From Bacilli bacterium (lineage in GTDB: Bacteria > Bacillota_I > Bacilli_A > RF39 > UBA660), in contig JAQUFX010000002.1 in assembly GCA_028684435.1 (NCBI GenBank), positions 1 through 41,171 of the forward strand: a DNA stretch of 41,171 bases, given 5' to 3'. Made by a program: the position numbers and the translations under genes. The notes under the pieces were generated by a model, which saw nothing but the letters and a program-made list of their open reading frames with translations, searched no databases and was not told the DNA's origin. Of this stretch, positions 10,786 to 17,605 are shown one piece after another (position 1 is the first letter of the stretch; each line of letters starts with the position of its first letter).

Positions 10786-10821
10786 AATATTTATGTTATA
10801 TTATTTTTAGTGGGTGGTATA

Positions 10822-11556
10822 ATGAATAAATTTTTAGACTTATTTGAAAAAGAAAAACCGATTATTGGTATGTTACATTTAGGAAAAAGAAATCTATATA
10901 AAGATGCTTTAGATTTAACTAAATATGAACTAAATACTTATTTAGAAAATGGTATTGATGGCGTAATAGTTGAAGATTATTTTGGAGATTATAATGATGT
11001 AGAAAGAACATTAGAATACTTATATGTATTAAGAAATGATGTTATTTATGGTGTTAATTATTTAAGAAATTATAAAATTGCTTTTGAATTAGCCCAGTTA
11101 TATAAAGCCAAATTTATTCAAATAGATTCGGTAGCTGGCCATTTACTCTCTTCTCAAGATGAAAAATATGCTCAGGAATTAAATGAATTAAGAAATATAA
11201 CAAATATACCTGTTATAGGTGGAGTTAGATTTAAATATCAACCTTATCTATCAGAAAGATCGCTTAAAGAAGATTTAGAGTTAGGAATGCAAAGATGTGA
11301 TGGTATAGTTGTTACTGGTGATGCTACTGGATTAGAAACACCGCTTAAAAAAGCCGCTGAATTCAAACATATTATCAAAGATTTTCCTCTAATTATTGGA
11401 GCTGGATTAACTCCTGATAATTGTATTCCTAGTTTAACAGTAGGTGATGCTGCCATAGTTGGAAGTTATGTTAAACATAATCATAAAGATAGTGGTATAG
11501 TATCAGCAAAGCATGTTAAAAAGTTAGTTTATAAGGTGAAAACTATAAGAAAATAA
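10822..11556 (+). CDS. BtpA/SgcQ family TIM-barrel protein
   Basis: KPIIGMLHL near the N-terminus, GVIVEDYFG, and IGGVRFKYQ...VVTGDATG are typical of the BtpA family. I prefer ATG 10822 over the track GTG 10810. Confidence 0.65.
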   Translation: MNKFLDLFEKEKPIIGMLHLGKRNLYKDALDLTKYELNTYLENGIDGVIVEDYFGDYNDVERTLEYLYVLRNDVIYGVNYLRNYKIAFELAQLYKAKFIQIDSVAGHLLSSQDEKYAQELNELRNITNIPVIGGVRFKYQPYLSERSLKEDLELGMQRCDGIVVTGDATGLETPLKKAAEFKHIIKDFPLIIGAGLTPDNCIPSLTVGDAAIVGSYVKHNHKDSGIVSAKHVKKLVYKVKTIRK

Positions 11557-11619
11557 ATATATTATCACACTTCGACAATATATATATTTTTAAAAGATTA
11601 TAATATTATTGGTGATATT

Positions 11620-12069
11620 ATGAGAACTTTTTATTTATTTAAAATAAATGATGATTATAGTAATTTAACTAAGAATATACCTTTTAATCTTTATAATACT
11701 TATTTAAGTATTAAATTAAGTAATAAAAATAATCTTAGTTATCTATTTAATCAATATAAAAGTATTACTAATCAAATATTAATAACTGAATTAAATAAGT
11801 TGCTTTATTTAAAAATGAAAGATATGGATGGCTATAGTATATATAGAAATGTTCATATGTATAATAATTATTATAGTGATGAGGTAAGCAAATTAATTAT
11901 TTATAATAGTTATTTAATATTAAAAAGTAATAAATCGAATAGTACTTTTTTTACTGTTTTATATGATATCCCCAATATATTTGTTATTGATTTTGAAAAT
12001 AAAGATTATTTTTGGCTTGATAAAATTGATAATTTAATGCTTGCCCCTCAAAGTAATTATAGTGTATAA
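11620..12069 (+). CDS. sirA: SirA-like protein (sporulation inhibitor of replication, YneE family)
   Basis: 149 aa, similar in size to B. subtilis SirA (~148 aa). It starts MRTFYLFKI and has a C-terminal [12 protein letters not shown], which resembles the Bacillus AMDFNSKRYGWL. It lies immediately upstream of a yneF homolog, as in B. subtilis (yneE-yneF). Confidence 0.55.
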   Translation: MRTFYLFKINDDYSNLTKNIPFNLYNTYLSIKLSNKNNLSYLFNQYKSITNQILITELNKLLYLKMKDMDGYSIYRNVHMYNNYYSDEVSKLIIYNSYLILKSNKSNSTFFTVLYDIPNIFVIDFENKDYFWLDKIDNLMLAPQSNYSV

Positions 12070-12089
12070 TAAAAAAAGGAGTGATATTT

Positions 12090-12299
12090 ATGTTACAAGA
12101 TATTTTATTAGTAGTATTTGGATTAATAGTAGGTGCTTTATTAGGTTTTTTTCTTTGTAAATTATATATGCAAAAATATTTAAAGAAAAATCCACCTATC
12201 AATGAAAAGATGATTGAAACATTAATGAGTGGTATGGGAAGAAAACCTAGTCAAAAACAAGTGAAACAATTAATGCAACAAATGAACCGCATGCAATAA
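12090..12299 (+). CDS. yneF: UPF0154 membrane protein YneF
   Basis: One N-terminal TM helix followed by [35 protein letters not shown], the conserved YneF/UPF0154 tail. RBS GGAG lies 8 nt upstream of ATG 12090. Confidence 0.8.
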   Translation: MLQDILLVVFGLIVGALLGFFLCKLYMQKYLKKNPPINEKMIETLMSGMGRKPSQKQVKQLMQQMNRMQ

Positions 12300-12300
12300 T

Positions 12301-12702
12301 ATGAAAATAGATTTAAGAAAATTATATGCTTTAAATAATATTGATATAACTGAAGAAGTCATAATTCCTAAAGAATACTATAAAACTACGGATATTATTA
12401 ATCTAAAACCAATAAATGTAAAAGGTAATATTATGATTAATAATCAAGATGAAATAGTACTTAATGTTAATATTAAAGGAACTTTTATCTTACCTTGTGC
12501 TATTAGTTTAGAGGAAGTTAATTATGATTTTAATATTGAGTTAAATGAAATAATACCAGAAACTCATAAAAAAGGTGAGTTTGAACTTGAATTATTAGAC
12601 ATTTTATGGGAAAATATTGTTTTAGAGGTTCCAATTAGAGTTGTTAAAGAAAATCTTAACACTAATAATATAAGTGGCACAGGATGGGAATTAATAAGTT
12701 AA
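12301..12702 (+). CDS. yceD: YceD/DUF177 family protein (23S rRNA accumulation protein)
   Basis: 133 aa, acidic, with the LPCAISLEEV motif. It lies immediately upstream of rpmF, which is the conserved yceD-rpmF pair. Confidence 0.75.
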   Translation: MKIDLRKLYALNNIDITEEVIIPKEYYKTTDIINLKPINVKGNIMINNQDEIVLNVNIKGTFILPCAISLEEVNYDFNIELNEIIPETHKKGEFELELLDILWENIVLEVPIRVVKENLNTNNISGTGWELIS

Positions 12703-12729
12703 CTAATAGAAACGGGAAGGAGTGATACT

Positions 12730-12918
12730 GTGGCAGTACCAGCAAGAAGAACTAGTAAAACTAAAAAAAGAATGCGTCGTACACATTTAAAGAAAACAGC
12801 TCCAAATGTTGTAGTGTGTCCTAATTGTGAGGAATCAATAATGCCTCATAGAGCTTGCACTAAATGTGGTTATTATAAAGGAAAAGAAATTATAAAAATT
12901 AACAAAAAAGAAAGTTAA
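12730..12918 (+). CDS. rpmF: 50S ribosomal protein L32 (zinc-ribbon, C+ form)
   Basis: GTG start. [19 protein letters not shown] is the L32 signature, and CPNC...CTKC is the zinc-binding pair. Confidence 0.95.
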   Translation: MAVPARRTSKTKKRMRRTHLKKTAPNVVVCPNCEESIMPHRACTKCGYYKGKEIIKINKKES

Positions 12919-12976
12919 TTTTTTTAATTGTAAAAATATTAAAAATATAATATAATTTAACAGGAAAGGTGATAAT

Positions 12977-13582
12977 ATGAATGAAATGTATATAGAAAAT
13001 ACTTTAGAAAATTTAATTCCTTTTTTTGGACTTGCATGGTTTTTTATCTTATTATTTTTATTAATTGTATTTGCTTTATCATTGTTATTTATTATAACAA
13101 GATGGATAATATTTCGAAAAGCCGGTTTAGAAGGATGGGAATCAATAGTACCATTTTATAGTTCTTGGTCTTTAGTTAAGATTTCTGGTATAAGTTGGTG
13201 GTTTTTCTTTATTATTAATGCTCCTTTTTTTGCATTAATTCTATCTCATGGATTACTTACTCCTTTTGCTGGAATAGCAGCGTTAATAGCATCATATTTT
13301 CTTTATTATAATTTAGCTCTTAAATTTGGTAAAGAACCAATTGGTTATGGATTAGGTTTAACTTTTTTGCCAATTATTTTTTATCCGATTTTAGCATTTG
13401 GAAAAAGTACTTATAAAGATGTAAATGTAAGTTCTTATGGGCCAATTAGTGAAAACACAATAAATAATAATTTATCAACTAATGATAAAAAGAATAAAAA
13501 TAATAAGTTTTGTAAAAATTGTGGGAATCAAATAGATGAATCTAAATTTTGTTCAAATTGTGGTACTAAGATATCAAAATAA
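12977..13582 (+). CDS. Multi-pass membrane protein (DUF5684-like) with a C-terminal zinc ribbon
   Basis: It has several TM helices, the motif IFRKAGLEGWESIVPFY, and a C-terminal CKNCGN...CSNCGT. Confidence 0.55.
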   Translation: MNEMYIENTLENLIPFFGLAWFFILLFLLIVFALSLLFIITRWIIFRKAGLEGWESIVPFYSSWSLVKISGISWWFFFIINAPFFALILSHGLLTPFAGIAALIASYFLYYNLALKFGKEPIGYGLGLTFLPIIFYPILAFGKSTYKDVNVSSYGPISENTINNNLSTNDKKNKNNKFCKNCGNQIDESKFCSNCGTKISK

Positions 13583-13589
13583 TAGCGAT

Positions 13590-15023
13590 TTATTTAAGTT
13601 CTTGATTTGAATTCCAAAAATTTTTCCAAGGATCTTGTCGTCGTAATCTTTTTACTGCATCTGGCATTTTAATTTCATCGGGAGCAATTTTATTTAATTC
13701 TCTCCATGCAAGTGGCATCGAAACGGTGCCATTTTTTTTAATTCTTAGTGAATATGGAGCTACACTAGTAGAACCTTTAATATTACGCATCCAATCAATA
13801 AATATTTTATTTTTTCTTTGTGATTTTCGATCATTAGATACATAACGATCTGGCCATTTTGCTTCCATATAAAGAACTATATTTTTGGCAAAGGCTTGAA
13901 ATTTTTTCCAACTAGTTGAAGGTTTTATTGGAACTACAACGTGATAACCTTTTCCTCCACTTGTTTTTAGGAAAGATACTAATGATAGATCATCAAGTAT
14001 TTTTTTTAAATCTTTTACTCCTTGGCGAAGATCTTTTAATTCTAATTTTTCATCAGGATCTAAACCAAATACCATCATATCTGGTTTTGCTAATTTTTTA
14101 GCTTTACTTCCCCAAATGTGAAATTCAATAGAATTCATTTGTACTTCAGAAATAAGTCCAGTAATATTTTTAATATAATAATAATCTTCTTTAATTCCTT
14201 TTTCATTATTTATCATAACTTTGGCTAGACCCTGATAAATGTTTTCCATATGCTTTTTATAAAAACAAGTTCCACTTGTTCCATCAGGGCAACGGATAGT
14301 ACTAATTATTCTATTTTCTAAATAGGGAGCCATTCTTTTATACATAGTTTGATAATATATTGCAATATCCCTTTTACTAATTTGAAAATTATCAAAAATT
14401 ATCTTATCAGGATTAGTTACTTTAACATTTTCTATAACCAATTGGGAATTAACTGATTGCTTTTTAGGTAATGTTTCATTATTATTAATTTCATTAATTG
14501 TTAAACCGGTTTTTATGCTGGTATTAAATTGGCTAATATCAGCTATGTTATTACTATAATTATCATTTTCTTTAATAAGTAACCAATTTTTATTTTGCAT
14601 GTGGACTAAAGTCCAATTACCTTTAAGTCTTTTACCTTTTAAAGTAAATTTTAGAGTTCCATTTTGTAAGCCTTGCTGAGGATTATTAATAGGAATCCAA
14701 AATCCTTTATCCCAGAGCATAACCGTTCCGCCACCATACTGGCCTTTAGGAATAATACCTTCAAAATTTCGATAACTTAAAGGATGATCTTCAACATTGA
14801 TAGCAAGTCTTTTATCATGGGGGTTAAAAGAAGGTCCTTTAGGTACTGCCCAACTTATTAAAACTCCATTTAATTCTAAACGAAAATCATAATGATCTTT
14901 TTTAGCCATATGATGTTGTACTACAAAATGAAGATTAGAAGAACTAGATGTTTTTTTACCAATAGGTTCTTTAGTTTTATTGAAATTTCTTTTTTTATTA
15001 TATTTTATTAATTTATTAGTCAA
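13590..15023 (-). CDS. ligD: LigD-type NHEJ protein with 3'-phosphoesterase (PE) and primase-polymerase (Pol) domains only
   Basis: TTG start with GGAGG 9 nt upstream. The PE domain reads FVVQHHMAKKDHYDFRLE...WAVPKGPS...VEDHPLSY...GGGTVMLWD. The Pol domain reads VTNPDKIIF...KTSGGKGYHVVVP...IFIDWMRN...VAPYSLR. No ATP-dependent ligase (KxDG) domain is present. Confidence 0.85.
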   Translation of the reverse strand: MTNKLIKYNKKRNFNKTKEPIGKKTSSSSNLHFVVQHHMAKKDHYDFRLELNGVLISWAVPKGPSFNPHDKRLAINVEDHPLSYRNFEGIIPKGQYGGGTVMLWDKGFWIPINNPQQGLQNGTLKFTLKGKRLKGNWTLVHMQNKNWLLIKENDNYSNNIADISQFNTSIKTGLTINEINNNETLPKKQSVNSQLVIENVKVTNPDKIIFDNFQISKRDIAIYYQTMYKRMAPYLENRIISTIRCPDGTSGTCFYKKHMENIYQGLAKVMINNEKGIKEDYYYIKNITGLISEVQMNSIEFHIWGSKAKKLAKPDMMVFGLDPDEKLELKDLRQGVKDLKKILDDLSLVSFLKTSGGKGYHVVVPIKPSTSWKKFQAFAKNIVLYMEAKWPDRYVSNDRKSQRKNKIFIDWMRNIKGSTSVAPYSLRIKKNGTVSMPLAWRELNKIAPDEIKMPDAVKRLRRQDPWKNFWNSNQELK

Positions 15024-15451
15024 AAATTATATCCTCCATAACTTATTATTATTTTGGAATTATGATAAAAATTATACTATTATTTTTTAATATAATAGTT
15101 TTAAATATGGAATTAAGAACTAAGTTCCCAAAATAAAAAATTTTAAAAATTTATGACTAACTTTCTATTATAGGGAGGTTGTTTGTTTATAATTTTAAAA
15201 AAAAGTATCCAATTTATCAAAAATATCTTATTATATTTTCGATGTCACTAAATTGTTGCATCAAAAAAAGATACGTGCTAGGTCCAAACTTGCTCTAAGA
15301 GTATTATTAATATTATCTTCTAGTTTTTTCATTATTCTTATAATCTTTTCCATCATTAAAGGATTAGAAAATTCTAGTTGATTAAAGTTTTAATGTTCTT
15401 AACAATTTTATATTCATGTGATATAATTATTTTAGATAGAAGGTATATGAC

Positions 15452-15808
15452 ATGAAAAAAAATAAAATAATAATAAATTACTGTCCTAATTTTTATAAAA
15501 TTATTAATTTTGATTTTTTTGAAGGTGATTATATATCCGAAAAGTTAGTAAAGATATATAAAGATTTTATTTTTGATATTGATTTAGAAAATGAAGATGA
15601 TATTTATATGGTAAAACAAATGGATTTTGTGGTAAATAAATATATAGAAGATTATTATTTTCGTAAAGAAATGCAAAGAAGTATGATTAATATTAGAGTG
15701 AAAAAATCTTCTCAATTAGTTAGAGATATAGCTCAAAGTATTATAAATTGTTTTGATTTGTATGAAAATGGATATACAAGAAATATATATTTTGCCAGGT
15801 GGATTTAA
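15452..15808 (+). CDS. Hypothetical protein (118 aa)
   Basis: Its stop directly abuts the start of the next ORF (TAAATG). It is acidic and Y/F-rich. I recognise no motif. Confidence 0.5.
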   Translation: MKKNKIIINYCPNFYKIINFDFFEGDYISEKLVKIYKDFIFDIDLENEDDIYMVKQMDFVVNKYIEDYYFRKEMQRSMINIRVKKSSQLVRDIAQSIINCFDLYENGYTRNIYFARWI

Positions 15809-16690
15809 ATGATAGATGAAGATTTTTATATTGAAGAAACTAGTTCTTTAAAAGTTTTTTTAGTGTCTTTGTTAGTTTTGTTTATATTAGGAGTTTTTGC
15901 TGGTCTTTATTATTTTTATTTTTATTATAATGATGTTAAATTAAAAGATATAACGATCGAATTAGGAAATTCAGTATTTTATGATATTGATAAGTATATT
16001 ATTGATCATAAAAATGAAACTTATAAAATTGATATGTCAAATATCTCAGTTGATGAAAAAGGAAATACTAATAGTGTAGGTGAATATAGTTATTTAGTTT
16101 ATATTGGAAAAGAAATAAAAAAAGGCAAAGTTTATGTTAAAGATACAACCCCACCAATAGTAGAGTTAAAAGAATTAATTGTTGGTTTAAATGAAGAATT
16201 TGAACCTGATGATTTTTTAGCATCTTGCATAGATTTATCACAGGTATGTCATGTAAATTATATCAAAGAAACTGATGAAAATTTAAATGCTACTGTAGGT
16301 GAATATACCGTGACTTTAGAAATAAAAGATAAATATGATAATATAACTAAAAAGAAAACCAAACTAATTGTTAGTGAAACATCATCATTAAGTGCAATAA
16401 AGGCTAGTGATATGGAAATATCTAGTATATATCCTATAGATAATGATTGGAATAAAGTATTCACGATAAAATTTATAAAAGGTATATCAGAACAAGATAA
16501 TACCTTTGAACAGAAGATATTAGAAATTACCAATTTTGATTTTAGTTCGTTATTTGAAGATAAAATTAAAAATCAAACTTTATTAACTGTATATAATAAA
16601 TATAATTATGTAATAGGATTTTCTGTAAAGTTAGAGTTTGATAATGATAAAATAATTTATGTTACTGAAAATGAGTATAAGAGTTTATAA
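15809..16690 (+). CDS. Hypothetical membrane-anchored extracytoplasmic protein (293 aa)
   Basis: One TM helix near the N-terminus. DTTPPIVELKE...EFEPDDF is typical of Ig-like surface modules. No family is assigned. Confidence 0.55.
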   Translation: MIDEDFYIEETSSLKVFLVSLLVLFILGVFAGLYYFYFYYNDVKLKDITIELGNSVFYDIDKYIIDHKNETYKIDMSNISVDEKGNTNSVGEYSYLVYIGKEIKKGKVYVKDTTPPIVELKELIVGLNEEFEPDDFLASCIDLSQVCHVNYIKETDENLNATVGEYTVTLEIKDKYDNITKKKTKLIVSETSSLSAIKASDMEISSIYPIDNDWNKVFTIKFIKGISEQDNTFEQKILEITNFDFSSLFEDKIKNQTLLTVYNKYNYVIGFSVKLEFDNDKIIYVTENEYKSL

Positions 16691-16763
16691 AATGATTGAA
16701 AAAAATAAAGACCTTTGTTATAATTAATTTACCTTTTAATTTATTAATTAAAAGGTATTTAAT

Positions 16764-16840
16764 GGCGGTGTAGCTCAGTTGGCTAGAGCACTCGGTTCAT
16801 ACCCGATAGGTCGGGAGTTCAAATCTCTCCGCCGCTACCA
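16764..16840 (+). tRNA. tRNA-Met, elongator type (anticodon CAT)
   Basis: GGCGGTGTAGCTCAGTTGGCTAGAGC...ttCATac...GGTTCAAATC...CCGCCGCTACCA. The 5' end matches the Bacillus elongator tRNA-Met pattern and lacks the initiator C1:A72 feature. A lysidine-modified tRNA-Ile2 cannot be excluded from sequence alone. Confidence 0.88.
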
Positions 16841-16913
16841 AATATGAGGAACCTGCTACTCCCCTATAATTAGGTTATAAGGAGAAAGCATTTAAAATAT
16901 ATTGAATAGTTAG

Positions 16914-16952
16914 AAATAGATTGTTACCTAAGGAAAGGAGCAATCTATTTTT
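16914..16952 (+). terminator. Intrinsic terminator after tRNA-Met
   Basis: aaatagattg (16914-16923) pairs with caatctattt (16941-16950) in a 10-bp stem. A T-run runs into 16952. Confidence 0.6.
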
Positions 16953-16979
16953 AAGTTTAAATTTAAAATCATAAGACAA

Positions 16980-17156
16980 TTGAAAGCAGATAAGGAGTTT
17001 TTAGACTTTATAGGTAAAAAGAAGCCTACTATCAAAATAACAGATGGTGCACTATTAGAAATAAAGAAAACTAATATTAAAACTATCAAACCGATCATTT
17101 ATGAAATACCAGATTTCAATCTAATTATTTATCATTATGCTTGTGATAATGAATGA
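16980..17156 (+). CDS. Possible 58-aa ORF (TTG start, no clear RBS), possibly a gene remnant
   Basis: The frame is open from 16932 but has no ATG. TTG 16980 gives MKADKEFLDFIGKKKPTIKITDGALLEIKKTNIKTIKPIIYEIPDFNLIIYHYACDNE. Its TGA overlaps the ATG of the next ORF (ATGA). Confidence 0.3.
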   Translation: MKADKEFLDFIGKKKPTIKITDGALLEIKKTNIKTIKPIIYEIPDFNLIIYHYACDNE

Positions 17157-17344
17157 ATACCAATGCCATTGATGATATTATAACTGAATTTACTGATAAC
17201 AATACTAATTCATATGATGATGGTGGAACAATACTATATAAAGGTGATGTGTTTAATTTGTTAAAGTGTAAAACTCTAGATGGAAATAGAGATATTTATA
17301 TAGGAACAAAGAATATGAGATATGGAAAAGAATTTTGTAAATAA
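17153..17344 (+). CDS. Hypothetical 63-aa protein
   Basis: Its ATG overlaps the upstream stop. It is followed by a hairpin terminator. I recognise no family. Confidence 0.4.
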   Translation: MNTNAIDDIITEFTDNNTNSYDDGGTILYKGDVFNLLKCKTLDGNRDIYIGTKNMRYGKEFCK

Positions 17345-17356
17345 TTAACACCTAAC

Positions 17357-17382
17357 GATATATTTAAAAATATATCTTTTTT
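17357..17382 (+). terminator. Intrinsic terminator after the small-ORF pair
   Basis: gatatatt / aatatatc form an 8-bp AT-rich stem, followed by TTTTTT (17377-17382). Confidence 0.5.
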
Positions 17383-17557
17383 GTTGTATAATAATATTAT
17401 CTTATCGAGAGATAGGGGATAACAACTTCTATCTTATTGGTACCAAAATATAAGTAAAATGGCTTCGAAAGTTAAAAAAAAATATATTAAAAATATTTTT
17501 AAAATTAACTGAAAGGAGTCATTTTTATATTATCTACACTTCAAAAATTTATGAATG

Positions 17558-17566
17558 TGCTATACT
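17558..17566 (+). promoter_or_regulatory. Extended -10 promoter element (TGcTATACT) upstream of the PEP-utilizing enzyme gene
   Basis: TG at 17558-17559 and TATACT at 17561-17566, about 40-50 nt upstream of the start codon. The -35 is weak. Confidence 0.4.
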
Positions 17567-17605
17567 AGATTTAAAATATAAAGTTAAATGTTATAATTAA
17601 AAGAG

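Noticed and set aside
15075-15100. An 8-bp AT-only hairpin (actattat/ataatagt) and other palindromes in the ligD upstream gap, considered as an invertible or regulatory element.
   Set aside because: Such AT palindromes are expected by chance at this base composition. There are no flanking longer inverted repeats and no associated recombinase.
15261-15356. A 31-aa minus-strand ORF (MMEKIIRIMKKLEDNINNTLRASLDLARIFF) in the 428-nt gap between ligD and the 15452 ORF.
   Set aside because: It has no RBS and no recognisable family, and it is short enough to arise by chance. It may be a remnant of a lost gene (a ku or ligase partner would be attractive), but nothing in the sequence supports that.
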